The notes under the pieces are model-generated. The model saw nothing but the letters and a program-made list of their open reading frames with translations, ran no database searches and was not told where the DNA came from. Below are positions 12,359 through 25,479 of a stretch of DNA of 64,000 nt, one piece after another (the first letter of the stretch is position 1; the number at the start of each line of letters is the position of its first letter). The DNA lies in assembly GCF_018350175.1 (NCBI RefSeq), contig NC_058368.1, forward strand, positions 62,932,001-62,996,000, written 5' to 3'. The position numbers and the translations under genes were made by a program. This stretch comes from Felis catus. Lineage: Eukaryota.

Positions 12359-14952
12359 AATGAATTAAGCTCAATAAATGAATAACTGGAACTACATAGT
12401 TTAAGGTCTATCCATTTTTCAATGAATTGTTTAGCTCTAATAAGTTGGGCTGCTTTATGTTGCATTGTGACACCTTAATGGGGTTTGGTAAAATGCACAT
12501 TAATAGTAAATGTTGAAATCTGAGTCCTGCATCAGTTTATAAACATGTTAGGTGTGATTTCTTCAATTTGAGGGGTCCTATCTTATGGGATGTGTGGACA
12601 ATGCAAATACTCTGCCAATTTCAATACTAGTAGCACTACAAGGATGAGGAAAAGTAACAGTTGAGAAATTACATCATTATGGATGCAATTTCCTCAACAT
12701 CTTTTAAATGTACCTAACCAAAGATTGATAGCCCATTTAATGAGCAATCTGTTCTGATGCTGAATGTGCATGATGCTATTATATGAAATGGAAACAACTG
12801 GAAATGTGTCAGAAATGCACTTTACAACATTAGTTGAAAATGCCATTGATCACTATCACACTGCGTTTGACCCCAAGAATTACCTCTGCAGCAAGCAAAA
12901 CAGATGACCTGTAAAAGTTTTAAGTAAAATCCATGTTATTAAAAAATGGCTCCTTCATTAAGAAAGTGTCATTATCTTTGAAGCAATATGCCAATGTAAC
13001 ATCTCCTGATACGTAAAGGAAAGCAACCATTTTAGTAAATGGTGTCTTATCATTTGGATCTACCAGGCACTCATGTGGTAAGCTGCTGCATATATTTTAT
13101 TAGAACTATAAATTCTACCTGGTTTCTTCTAAACTGCAACTTATTTACTGGAAATTTATAGAGAAATCATTCTTGACTGGTGAAACAGAAGAAACAGAGG
13201 TCATTTATTGCTTTATGGAATGCCAGCTCATACTGAGGAAGAAGCAGCTTATAATGAACAGGAGTTTAGCTTTAGTGGATCTCAAATGATTCCTTTCAGT
13301 TTCCGTTTTCACATCAACTGCTAATTGATAGGTCTGACTGATTAAATTTAGTAAAAAGGGCCATCACAGCAGCTGGAAGCAGAGAATCAAATCATAATCA
13401 TTTGGTTGAAACAAGAATTGGCAAACTCAGAGGTCTTAGCTTTTGACTTTGTTTAATTCTTGTCTACCCCCCAATGGGGACTAAGGGAGGATAGAGGTGC
13501 TAATTGAGCCAAAAGGCCATTCATAAAACTACCAGGGAGGATGGCACAATTTTCCTAAAGCATGAAGATGATTAGCTAATTTGGAGGGGGAATTGAAGGA
13601 GTTTGGGGTCATGTCCTTGGCTGATGTAAGATCAGCCAAGGACCTGATCTTGTTACCACCCTAAGAGTGAAAATTGGTAATTTCGGAGAAAATAAAAACA
13701 GAAAAAGACAGGATTATTTGAAGTACTATTAAATGGTTCCAATTAAAGAGAACACAGAAAAACTTAAATATTTTAGTAAAATAAGAGTATCCAAGGATTT
13801 ACATGGAAAATCTGTAGTTCCCACTCCCTTCATAACTTTGAGTACCCAGAGGCAGTGTCATTTAACCATATCTGTTATTGGTTACTCTGATGGTAGTGAC
13901 CTTATTTTAAAAACATATGCATATAGAGCTCTTTCGTAATAGTTTTGTCCATTGCTTTTGACTCCTATGAAAGTTAAGGGTGCAACTCTTTATTTGCTAC
14001 TTGGCTTCTTGCCTCATACCCACTCCACCAAAATCGCTTTTAGGGTTTCGATTGTTTGTAAATGTAAATGATACATATTCTGTTTGTAGTTTAATCTCCC
14101 TTTAGACATTCTTTGTATTTACGTTTAGTTGACAGTGTTATATTCTAGGTATGCAACATAGTGATTCAACAATTCTATACATTACCCAAATCCTCACCAA
14201 GCTTAGTTACCATCTGTCACCATACAACATTGCAACAGTTCTTACTGTGTTCTCTGTGATGTGCTTCCATCTCACTTAGTTTATAACTAGAAGTACCTCT
14301 TAATCCACTTCACTTATTTCATTCATCACCTACCCTTCTTCCTTTTGGCAACCTCCGATTTCCCTGTAATTGAGTCTATTTTTTCCATTTTGCTTTTTAG
14401 GATCCATGTATAAGTGAAACCATACAGTATTTCTCTTTCTCTGACTTTCCCTAGCACAATACCCTCTAGATTCTTCCACGTTGCTATGGATGGCAAGATT
14501 TCATTCCATTTTGTGGCTGAGTACTATTTCTATCACATCTAAGCCATTCATCTATCCACGGACACTTCTGTAGAATCTATATCTTGGCTATTATACAATA
14601 TATGCTGCAATAAATAAGGGCATATATATTTTTTAATTAGCATTTCTATTTTGAGTAAATATCTAGCAGAATTGCTAAATGGTAGGGTATTTCTATTAAT
14701 TTTCTGAGGAATCTCTGTATTTGCCACAGTGGTTGTACCAATTGACATTTTCACCAACCATACACAAGGGTTCCCTTTTTTCCTCCACATTCTCACCAAC
14801 ACTTGCTGTTTTCACATTTCTTAAAGGTAGTCTCTTACTGGTGTGAGAGAATATAGTTTTGATTTGTATTTCCTAATTACCAACAAACATCTTTTCCTGT
14901 GTCTGCTGTCAATCTGCATGTTGTCTTTGAAAATGTCTTTTCAGATCTTTTC

Positions 14953-15171
14953 ATTTTTTTAAACTTAAAAAAAATTTTTAAATACTTTTATTTTTGCGAG
15001 AGACATAGCATGAGCAGGGGAGGGGCAGAGAGAGAATGAGACTCAGAATCTGAAGCAGGCTCCAGGCTCCAAGTTGTCAGCACAGAGCCCAATGTGGGGC
15101 TTACACTCGTGAACCGCATGATCATTACCTGAAGCTGAAGTCGGACACTTAACTGAGCCACCTAGGCATCT
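14953..15171 (-). mobile_element. Can-SINE (felid type) inside L1
   Basis: GGGGAGGGGCAGAGAGAG...CAGAATCTGAAGCAGGCTCCAGGCT...CTGAGCCACCTAGGCATC. Confidence 0.92.
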
Positions 15172-17081
15172 GTGCCCATTTTTTGATTGCATTATTGGGA
15201 GGTGGGGGTGAATTCTAGCTCCTATGTTTTTGGATATTAATCTTTTATTAGATACATACTTTGCATTTATCTTCCATTTAGTAGGCTGCCTTTTGGTCTT
15301 GATGCTTTCCTTCACTGTGCAAAAACTTAATTTTTGCTTTGGTTTCCCTTGCTTGAAGATACCTATCTAGAAAAATGTTGGTGAGGCTGATGTCCAAAAG
15401 CTTACAGCCTGTGTAGATGTTTTTAGGAATTTAATGGTTTCAGATCTTATATTTAGGTCTTTAATCCATTTTGAATTTATTTTTGTGTACGGTATTAAAA
15501 TAAAGTGGTCTAGTTTCATCCTTTTGCATGTAGCTGTTTGTTATCCAAACACCATTTACTGAAGAGAATCTTTCCCACATCCTATGTTTTTGCTGCCTTT
15601 GTCACAGACTAATTGACCATATTAATGTGGGTTTACTTCTTGTCTTCCTATCCCTTTCCACTGTTCTATGTGTCTGTTTTTGTGCTAATACCATACCATT
15701 TTGATTACTATAAATTTGTAGCATACATTGAAATCTGGTATTGTGAAACCTCCAATTTTGTTTTTCTTAAAATCATTTTGTCTACTTGGACCTTCTGTAT
15801 TTCCATACAGATTTTAGGATTATTCTAGATCTGTGAAAAATATTGCTGGCATGTTGATCAGGATAGCACTGAAATCTCTAGGTTGTTTTGGGTAACATGG
15901 ACATTGTAACAATATTCTTTTGATCCATGAGCATGGTATATCTTTGCATTTTTGTCCTTTTCTATTTTTTTCACCACTGTCTTAGTTTTAAGTGTACCAG
16001 TTTTTCATCTCCTTTTTAAAATTTACTCTTAGGCACTTTATTCTTTTTGATGCATTTGTAAATGGGATTATTTTCTTAATTTCTCCTACTTTATTGTACA
16101 GAAGTGCAATGGATTTCTGTATATTGATTTTTCCTGAAACTTTACTGAATTGATTGATTCTAATAGTTTCTGGATGGAGGCTTTAGTGTTTTCTGTATAT
16201 AATGTCACCTATAAATAGTGGAAGTTTTCTCCTTTTGTCAATTTGAATGCCTTTTATTTCTTGCCTTCTGAAGCTAGGACTTAAGATATTATGTTGAATA
16301 AAAGTGGTGAGAGTGGACATCTTTGTCTTGTTATCTTGGAAGTGCTTTCAATTTTTCACCACCAAGTGTGATGTTAGCTGATGTTAGCATTTGCATATAT
16401 GACCTTTAGTACTTTGAGGTATGTTTCCTCTAAACCCACTTGGTTGGGAGCTTTTATCATGAACTAATAGTTTTACAAGTGCTTTTTCTGCATCTGTTGA
16501 GATGATTCTATAGTTTTATCCTTTATTGTGTTAATGTGGCATATCATGTTCACTTGTTGGTATTGACCCATCCTTTATGCCCAGAATACTCATACTTGAT
16601 CATGATGGATGATGCTTCTAATATATAGTTGAATTTGCTTGCTAATATTTTGTTAGATTTTTGCATCTATATTCATCAGGGATATTGGCCTGTAGTGTTC
16701 TTTTTGTAGTGTTTTTTCTTTTGGTATCAGGGTAATATTGGCCTCATAGAACGAATTTGGATGCATTCCTTCCTCTTCTATTTTGGGAGTCATTTGAGAA
16801 AGACCGGTATTAACTTTTTTAAATGTTTGATAATAGTCACCTATGAGTGCATTTGATGCTAGACTTTTCTTCAGCAGTTTTTTGATTACCCCTTCAATTT
16901 CATTACTTGTAATCGGTCTGTTCAGATTTTCTATTTCTTCCAAATTCATTCTTGGAAGATTGTATGTTTTTAGGAACTTATCCATTTCTTCTAGGATGTT
17001 CAATTTGTTAGTATACACATTTTGTCTCTTACAATCCTTTGTATTTCTGTGGTGTTCTGTTTTCTGATTTTGAATCCTCTT

Positions 17082-17283
17082 TTAATTTTAATTTTTTAAT
17101 GTTTATTTTTGAGAACGAGAGAGTGGGGGAAGGTCAGAGAGAGTGGGAGACACAGAATCTGAAGCAGGCCCCAAGCTCTGAGCTGTCAGCAGAGACCCCG
17201 ATGTGGGGCTGGAGGTCATGAACCATGAGATCGTGACTTGAATGTAAGTCGGATGCTTAACCAACTGAGCCACCCAGGCGCCT
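17082..17283 (-). mobile_element. Can-SINE (felid type) inside L1
   Basis: Complete antisense body ending CTGAGCCACCCAGGCGCC. Confidence 0.92.
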
Positions 17284-17285
17284 CA

Positions 17286-17460
17286 TTTTTTAAAATATTT
17301 TTTAAGTGTTTATTTTTGAGAGAGAATAGGTGAGAGGGAGGGGCAAAGAGAGGGAGACAGAGAATCCCAAACAGACTCTGTGTTGTCAATACAGAGGCTG
17401 ATGCTGGGCTCAAACTCAGGAACTGTGAGATCATGACCTAACTGAGCCACCCAGGCCCCC
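17286..17460 (-). mobile_element. Can-SINE in tandem with the previous copy; about 30-bp internal deletion
   Basis: Antisense body in which GAGATCATGACCT joins directly to AACTGAGCCACCCAGG. Confidence 0.88.
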
Positions 17461-19616
17461 CTCAGAGTCCTTTTTTTTTTTTTTTTTCCCCCTTGATGAG
17501 TCTGGTTAAAGGTGACTCCATTTTGATTATCTTTTCAAATAACCAGCTCTTGGTTTCATTCATCTTCTTTGTTTTTGTTTTTAGTCCCTATTTCAGTTAC
17601 TCTGCTTTGATCTTTATTATTTCCTTCCTTCTACTAACTTGGGCTTTGTTCTTTTCTAGTTCCTTGAGAGGTATGGTTAGATTGTTTAAGTGAAATTTGT
17701 TTAAGCAGGACTTATCACCCTAAACTTCCATCTTATAATTTTTCCTTGTGTCTCAAAGATGTTAGGTCATTGTTTCTATTTTTGTCACCATGTATTTTAT
17801 TTCCTCTTTGATTTCTGTGACCCATTGGTTATTTAGTTACATGCTTAGCCTGTTTCTTCCACTTTCTTGTAACATGTAGTTTCATACAGTTGTGGTCAGA
17901 AGAGATGCCTCATAGATTTTGGCCTTAAATTTATGGAGACTTGTTTTTGTGGCCTAACATGTGATTTCTCTTGGGGACTGTTTCCTATGTACTTAAAGAA
18001 TGTACTACTGTATTGTTTCTGGATGGGATGTTCTATAAATATCTGTTAAGTCCATTTGGACTAATGTTTCATTCAAAGCCAATGTTTCCTTTTTGATTTT
18101 CTGTCTGAATGATCTATCCATTGATGTAAGTGGGTTATTAAAGTCTACTATTATTGTATTACTATCGATTTCTCCCTTTGTCTTTAATATTTGCTTTATA
18201 TAATTGATGTGCTCCTATGTTGAATGCATAAGTATTTACTATTGTTCTATCCTCTTTTTGGATAGACCCCTGGCTAAAGCTGGACTTGGCACTGGCTGGA
18301 GGGGTTTTGGGGTACTCTGTACAGGGGGTGCCATTGCAGGACAGCTGGAGCTATAGCAGGTATGAGCTCTCTGCAGGGTTGTCCTGGCTAGTCACATGGA
18401 ACTAAGGTGGGTGCTGGACTGAGGTATCCCAGGGTGCTTTGTATCTCTGCCACCTTGCTGAGACAGCTGAAGCTGTAATGGGCTTGTTTTGGGGGTGTCC
18501 TGGTGCATGCCACACTAGAGCCTCTGGTAGGATGGCTGGACTTTGAATGGGAATGGGTGGGGGAACCTGCTTTGGGAAAACGGTTGCTTAGATGCCCAGG
18601 GAGATGTATACAATACCATTTACTAGCACCTTCAACCCTGGAGAATGTTACAGCCATTCCCCTGTCATTTAGCAGATACTTTAGAATTAGTTCACTTCCA
18701 GTCTAGTTGCCCTTTAAATCACAGCTTTTTTTCCCTATGCCTCAGGGTAAGCAAATGGACTCATGGTCCCTCTGTGCTATCATCCCTACTGCAGTTCACA
18801 GTGTTGAAGGTGGTGGTCCTGTCATTACCACGTTTTGTGTCTGACCTCCTGTTCTCTGTGCATCCCTCTATCCTTGTGTAGTCAGCTGTTCAGCCCTTCC
18901 TCAGGAGGAATTGCTCTGTATGTGATTGTAAATTCAGTGTGTCTATGGAGATGGTGAGTTCATGGTCTTTCTATACCACCATTTGGATTCCTTTCCCTCA
19001 TTCTCTCAATTACTGACCAGGTATGAATATTAACATACCTGTAACAGCTCCACATTTCCACACCATTCCCCACTTCATTTTTTAACATTTGTAATTTCCC
19101 AGGGTAATCTCTCAGGGTAATTTTTTTTTAAAGAATATTTATTGAATTCTTGGTCCATAGATAATTTGTAAAGGTTGAAAATAAGAATTTACATGAATCT
19201 ACAAAATACTTTTCATTGAAAAATATACAGAAATGAAAAACACTTTATTTTAGTTTCTCTAAGGTCCTGTGTAAGGACAAAAAATGTAGGAAAATGTTTC
19301 TAACATCAAGGACAAATTATATTCCATTAATTGTTCCAAATAATGACATATTTTACTTTGGCTCATATGTATTCCTTGACTTTCCAATACTTGCATTTGT
19401 TTTTTTGTTTCAAATTGGTTTTCCTTAATTTCCTAATTGTAAATTCTTCTATCTTGTAATAATAAAAAAAAAAGTAGACAATTCATTGTATGGATGACGA
19501 AATCTCCCCCCCCCCCTTTTTTTTCTTCATTCAATAACATGTCTACTACCCAATGTCTTTTTAAATAACCATTCTGGAGCCACTGAAGTTCAGTCCTAAT
19601 AGAACAACTTTTAAAG

Positions 19617-19971
19617 TTCTACAGACTGAATATTTGTGTCTCTCAAATTCATATGTTGAAACCTTTTCCCCCAATGTGATGGTAGTTGGAAGTTGGGCCT
19701 TTGGGAGTTGATTAGGTCCACTCTCAGACATGCGATTAGTGCCCTTATAAAAGATTTCTAAGAGCCCTTTGCACATTCTGCCACATGAAGTTACAATGAA
19801 AAGATGGCTATCAATAAATCGGGAAGTAGGCTCTCACCAGACTCTGAATCTGCTACTACTTTGGTGTTTGGACTTCCCAAACTCCAGAACTCTGGAAAAC
19901 AAATTTTTGTTGATAAACCAAGCCACTCAGTCTATTACATTCTGCTCTAGTAACCCAAATAATGTAAGACA
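19617..19971 (+). mobile_element. MaLR solo LTR (MLT1A-like)
   Basis: ACAGACTGAATATTTGTGTC..CAAATTCATATGTTGAAACC...CTTCCCAAACTCCAGAACT...TAAGACA. 5-bp TSD TAAAG/CAAAG. Confidence 0.85.
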
Positions 19972-20578
19972 CAAAGCCTGCTACACAACCATTGTCCCAG
20001 GGCTTCATTGCTTTGTTGAAGGTGCTGTCATTTGTGAAAATGTATTTTGCATCTATAATGAGACAGTTTGTTTCATTGTAGAATTCCAGGTTGAATATAA
20101 TTTTCCCTTAGAAATTTGAGCTTATTCTGCTTTTCTACAATTCAAAGTTGATTAAAAAAAAAAAACAGGTCTCAACTTTCTTTGGAGCTGACCTTGTAGT
20201 CCTCTTCAGTCTTGAAGTATTTGAGAGCTTCTCTTGATTTTAATACACTGAGAATTATGCAGACCTTTTAAAATTTCTTCACATAAATCTGTAAATACCT
20301 TTGGTTTAAATCTTTTAAGTGTGGCAAACTTTCCTCTTCATCTAAGTCCCTCTTCTTGGTCTTCCTCCTTCTTAAAATTCTAACTGAAGTACAGTAGACC
20401 CATGAAGTACATAAATCAGTAACTAGACATTCAGTGAGTGATCTTGAAGTAAACCTATTTCTAATATCTTGACCATCCATGTCAAAAAAAAAAGATTGTA
20501 AACAAGATTCCCTTATGACTTATAGCTACATTTCCCATCCTATACAATTTAAACTCATTCCAATTTCTAAAACAAAAA

Positions 20579-20686
20579 GGTGGTAGCTGGCTGGCTCAGT
20601 CTGTAGATCATGAGACTCTTGATCTTGTGGTTGTAGGTTCAAGCCCATGTTGTTGATGAGATTGCTTAAAAATAACATCTTTAAAA
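20579..20686 (+). mobile_element. Old short Can-SINE without CT tract
   Basis: CTGGCTGGCTCAGTCTGTAGATCATGAGACTCTTGATCT..GGTTCAAGCCC..GAGATTGCTTAAAAATAA. Confidence 0.8.
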
Positions 20687-20699
20687 GCAATATACCCTC

Positions 20700-21830
20700 C
20701 CAAACTGCCTATTTTAATTTTACAAATGGAGTCCTGCAATATTCGTACTTAGGTCTGACTTTTTATTCAACATTAGCTTTGAGGTAAAACCATGCTGAAT
20801 GTAGTGGTGGTTCCTTTAGTTTTAGTCCTATTGTTAGAATATCTCATTGTCATGTTTACTTATATTTTTCCATTAATACTTGATTAGTTTTTAAACATTG
20901 AATACTTAGATGCCAGTTTTTGGTAATTCTTTGCCTTTTGTAAATTTTCTATTAGGTTGTCTCTTTTCAATAGTGATGCATAGCAGTTATGTACAGTTTC
21001 TGGATATAGACCATTTGTAGGTTCTATTTCTTGAAGTATTTTCTTCTCTGGAACTTTATTTTTTCCACTCCTTTAATGGGCCACTTTATAAACACAGTAT
21101 TATCCAACTTAATGTTTTTTATATTCAAGACTATTGTGTGCTGTTTACTTATCCTAAATTTATAAAGATTTTTTTTTACTATATTCTAAGAGCTTTAATG
21201 TTGGGCCTTTTGTATATTATATGTACAATCAACAGGAAACAGATTTTTGTTGATAGTATGAGAATAAAGGTCAAGTTCCATTTATTTCAAGGGAATGCAA
21301 TTCATCCAAACCTTTTAGTAGAAAACATCTTTCCTTTAATATTATCCAATATCCATCTTGTCATAAATCAAGTATCCATATATGTGGGTCTATTCTATTC
21401 CATTGCCCTTATTGATATTCATCCAATTTCATTCTGTATTCACTCAAACAGCTTTAAAATACTTCTTGGTTTCTGAGAGACTAAATCGTTATTTCTTGTT
21501 ATTCTTCAAGAGTGTCTTAGATACACTTTTCCCTTTGCATCTTGAACATTTTAGAATAATTTTGTCAAAATCCATGATAAAAGTTACTAGCATTTTAAAT
21601 CACATTGCTTTAAGACCGTAAATTAATTTGGAGAGGTTTGAGATCTTCACAATTTTCAGTCTTTCTGTATTTGAACATTGTGTATTCCTCCTCTGATTTA
21701 GGTCTTCCTTAAGGCTCCTAATGTTTTATGACTTTCGTAAAAAAATTTCCAAATAATTCCTTAGAGCCTAGGCATTTGATGACTTTCAGTATAGAATGGT
21801 TATATTAAAATTTTATTTTCTATATTATAG
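20700..21830 (-). mobile_element. Ancient LINE-1 (L1ME-like) 3' portion
   Basis: Highly diverged antisense ORF2/3' UTR motifs (ATATGTGGGTCTATTCTATTCCATTG, TTTAGAATAATTTTGTCAA, AAATTAATTTGGAGAG). Confidence 0.6.
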
Positions 21831-21839
21831 CTTTTAGAT

Positions 21840-22680
21840 GTAATACAGACCTAATTAACCTTCAAACTTTAACAAGTATGGAACTGGACAAAATATATGA
21901 AATGATGACTTCAGACAGTGGTGGAAACAGGCAAAGCAGGAAGCCCTTAGATGAGGAATATGAAGAGGTAGGCCCTAGAGTTACCTCAGCTGGCTACTTG
22001 GAGATAATGGTTGAGACTATGCAGGGATGTAGTACCTTTCTAGCATCTTGTGATGGTGCTGAGTTGAAGAGATTAAGATAGGAATTTAAGGACGCCAAGG
22101 TAGTTATAATTTGCAGAGCAGAATACTAGAAATAAGTGGTACATAGAGCCCAGGGATTTATGAAGGGAATTTTGAATTCCTAAGTATCAGACTCAATATG
22201 CATAATAGGAACTTTCCTGATAATAGAGAAGTAACTATTGGAAAGAAGTAGGTCAAAGGATTCCTGAAGCTCACACAGGGCTGAAAATTTGTGTCCTATC
22301 AGCTGGAGTGGAAAGACCTTATAAGATACTAGGTAGAATTCTGAGGAGATCCTCTCACAAGGGGGCTAAAGTGGGGTTATACTAAAAGATGTCCTAGTCC
22401 TCCAATAACTAAGAATGCAGGTAAAACTCAAAAGGACAAAACTGGCAAGTAAGTTAATACCAGAACAAAGTCTGAGACCCAACAATGTAAAAATCATAAT
22501 ATACAATATCCTATCAAAGTTTACCAGGCATGCAAAGAATCAAGAAAATACGGTCCATAAGGAGGGGAAAAAAAGCCATATAAACAGACCCAGAAATGAG
22601 ATGATATTAGTAGCTGCTATATATTCCATTATTTAAGAAGGTAGAGGAAATTGTGAACAAATTAGAGAAACATTAGATTC
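21840..22680 (+). mobile_element. Ancient L1M 5' region fragment
   Basis: ACCAGGCATGCAAAGAATCAAGAAAATACGGTCCATAA and neighbouring motifs resemble old L1 5' UTR/ORF1-start sequence. Confidence 0.45.
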
Positions 22681-22749
22681 AAATTTTTAGCTTATTGGTT
22701 GTATGTAAAAAAAAAAAAAACATAAAACATTCATTTTATATATTGGTGT

Positions 22750-24950
22750 CAATTGGAGGGCACAGAGATGAATAGGTTAGAAAGCCCTTCAGAAAAGGAC
22801 TTCTTGCCCACTTAGAAAAGGCATAGTTAAGTGACAACTTCTTCCTATTATTTCTGAATCTGCCTCAGAATTTGATCTGAGGTCACACTGATTACAGAGT
22901 GACCCCTGGCCACTGACTAAGCAAGAAGACCATGGCTGAAATCACATTGTTCTTTAGTAGCCCCTGAACAGTGGTTGACCAAATCAGTAATAGAGGGCCT
23001 ATCCATTTACCTTAATGGGGGAGGGGTCTCATGTCAAGCAGGAGAAGGAAAATAATCTTGGTTCAAATGTGAATTTAAGTAAATGTGAGTTGGTTCAGTG
23101 TATGGGAGTGAACTGAGATACAATGTCATTGTGGTATAGTCCAACTCAGGGTTATCCTTGAAGAGTAGCACGGATGGAAGATTATCCCAATGGGCAGAAC
23201 TTTCAGCAGTATACCTGACCTTCCATTTTATATGGAAAGAAAAGTGACTTGATGTTAAAATGTATAAGAAATAATGAGAAGAAACCAATGGTATAGAGAG
23301 GGGTCTGGTCAAGATTAGAAGATGGGTACCAAGAAGTTCTTGGGTAGAGGAATCTGGATGGACCTTTGGGAGACCGAGCATAGTAAGAAGATCATTGTAT
23401 TTGATGCAGATGCCTATCAGAGGGCATTCATCATGAACTAGGCACTAAGCATTCGCGGCAGCCAGACTGTTACTGTGCAACATGAATGTGAATGGAGTCA
23501 CTGTGGTGGTTCCTACTCACCAAATTTATCTACTGCTTGAGCCAAATACTAAACCTGCCATACAGATGAGCAGTTGGGCTCTTGTTACAGCATCAACCTT
23601 TGAGTCATAGACTCACTAGCTACTTGGTGCGGCAACACAGTGGACTTCTTTTAACTCAGAATTTTGACTAGAAGAGTTGCAAAATTTTTGTACATTTTGC
23701 TTTTCCTTCCTGCAAACCCTCAGGAAGTGCCACTATTACAGCACTTATAGATGGCTGATAACACTACCAATGGATCACTTGCAACCTTGAATCAGACCAA
23801 GAAATCCACCTCAGCAATTGGTTCATGACCACGGTAGCCACTGGTCTTGTCTGTACCACACTATCTAGAAGCTGCTGATATTATGGGATGATCAGCTGAT
23901 GACATGCTTAGGTGACAGTTTGAAGAGGATACCCTTTGAAGACAGACACTTTTTTTTCAGGAATCTATATTTTCTAAATCAATAATCCTATGAGGTTAAA
24001 CCCCCAACAGATGAACTACATAGGTCTAAGAACCAAGAGGTGGAAGTAGTAAAGGTCTCACTTCCCATCACTTCCTGTAACTCACTTGGGGAATTTGTTT
24101 CCCTCCTGGCTCTGTACTCTGCAGGTTTAGAGAGATCCAGTTTTCTCAAAGGGAAATATTTCCATCAGGAGACCTAGCAAGGTTGCTGTTGAATTTTAAC
24201 CTGCCATCTGGGTACTTTGAACTCCTTATGTTAAGAAAATAAAAAGCAAGAAAAGGAATCCTCATCCTCATGAGGGTAATTGAGCCTGCTCAGAAAGACC
24301 AGGTGTAGGGCTGATGTTACAAATGGAGGTGGAGCAGAATGTGTTCAGAATCAAATGATCCAACTGGGTGTGTCTTGGTTTTCACTTCCTCTAGCTTATT
24401 GGTAGAGGGACAAGTGTGACAGCCAAGTCTTGAGAAAGTTATGAGGAGGCTCAAACCCTTTAGGTGTGATGATCTGCTTTATTGTGCCAAGTAAGCCATT
24501 TGGATGTGGAAATGTACAGACAGAGTTTAAGGGGATCTAAAATGGATAATATGGTAGATTGAAGATGGAGAGCAGATGCACCTTCAAAACTTGAAGGATG
24601 ATGAAAACTAATTATGTCAGCCTTATAATTTTCCTTTGGGAAAAGCCCACCATTATTCTAAACTTCTCTCAGGACTTGGACCACTCTGATTCATTTTTTT
24701 TTTTTTTTAAATTTTTTTTTCAATGTTTTTTATTTATTTTTGGGACAGAGAGAGACAGAGCATGAACGGGGGAGGGGCAGAGAGAGAGGGAGACACAGAA
24801 TGGGAAACAGGCTCCAGGCTCTGAGCCATCAGCCCAGAGTCTGATGCGGGGCTCGAACTCACGGACCGCGAGATCGTGACCTGGCTGAAGTCGGACGCTT
24901 AACCAACTGCGCCACCCAGGCGCCCCTCACTCTGATTCATTTTAATAGTA
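22750..24950 (+). mobile_element. ERV-L internal remnant (RNase H, integrase, dUTPase), heavily decayed
   Basis: Manual translation gives SQWAELSAVYLTFHFIWKEK and FLGRGIWMDLWE (ERV-L RNase H-like, about 23.2-23.4 kb), HDHGSHWS..EAA (integrase-like, about 23.8 kb), and LPSGYFELLM..KARKGILILMRVIEP (dUTPase-like, about 24.2-24.3 kb). Confidence 0.8.
24698..24926 (-). mobile_element. Young felid SINE (SINEC_Fc type)
   Basis: CpG-rich near-consensus body with long tail. Perfect 16-bp TSD CACTCTGATTCATTTT at 24682-24697 and 24928-24943. Confidence 0.97.
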
Positions 24951-24954
24951 CAAG

Positions 24955-25372
24955 GGGCCGCTATCACAGACCCTGCTCCATTACCCTTCAGAACTAAAGG
25001 ATCAATTTCCCAGTCCATTGCTGCAGTACTGCCAGCTCTTAACCCTCGCTTCTCAACCCCTTCTGGGAATTCCCCTCAAATGAAGAGGGCCCTGTTGTCT
25101 AAGGTCAGGACCTATCCCAGGCAGTCTGCATTCAATGACCAGTTGACCTATAAAAGCCCATTTGATTGCCCCAATAAGGGACAGATCCTGAAGTTATACA
25201 ATGACTGAAGACTTGACTTAGAGTCAGCTTAAGCCATTGAATCAGGATTCCAGTTTCTCTTCTGAAACCTGCATTCTTCCCTTATATCCTCAGATGTTGA
25301 TCCAAAGAGCACTCCTTAAGAAACTTCCAAAATGCCTAATCTTCAGTCTACTTCCTGGGAAAATGAAACTAT
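24955..25372 (+). mobile_element. LTR16-type 3' LTR of the ERV-L remnant
   Basis: GATGTTGATCCAAAGAGCACTCCTTAAGAAAC...AGTCTACTTCCTGGGAAA resembles the LTR16-family 3' end, and it lies directly downstream of the ERV-L internal sequence. Confidence 0.65.
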
Positions 25373-25479
25373 ACCTCCATATCACTGCAGTCAACCTCAT
25401 CTTTCATAAGCTTCTAGAAAACCTATCCCAGAAACTTGACAAAGTCTATCACTAAAGATCAAGATCATCTGCTTTTACT

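Larger units (their letters stand above)
14113..18987 (-). mobile_element. LINE-1 (carnivore/L1MA9-like) with both ends but an internal deletion of ORF1 and the ORF2 N-terminus
   Basis: 3' UTR starts near 14113. ORF2 fragments at 14548-14802 and 16653-17018 (MDKFLKTYNLPR..NRPITSNEIE..NSFYEANITLIPK..YRPISLMNIDAKI). Endonuclease-region motif GSIQKEDRTIVNTYAFNIGA reaches 18269, followed by GC-richer 5' UTR-like sequence ending in an L1 5'-end-like motif near 18987. Confidence 0.85.
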
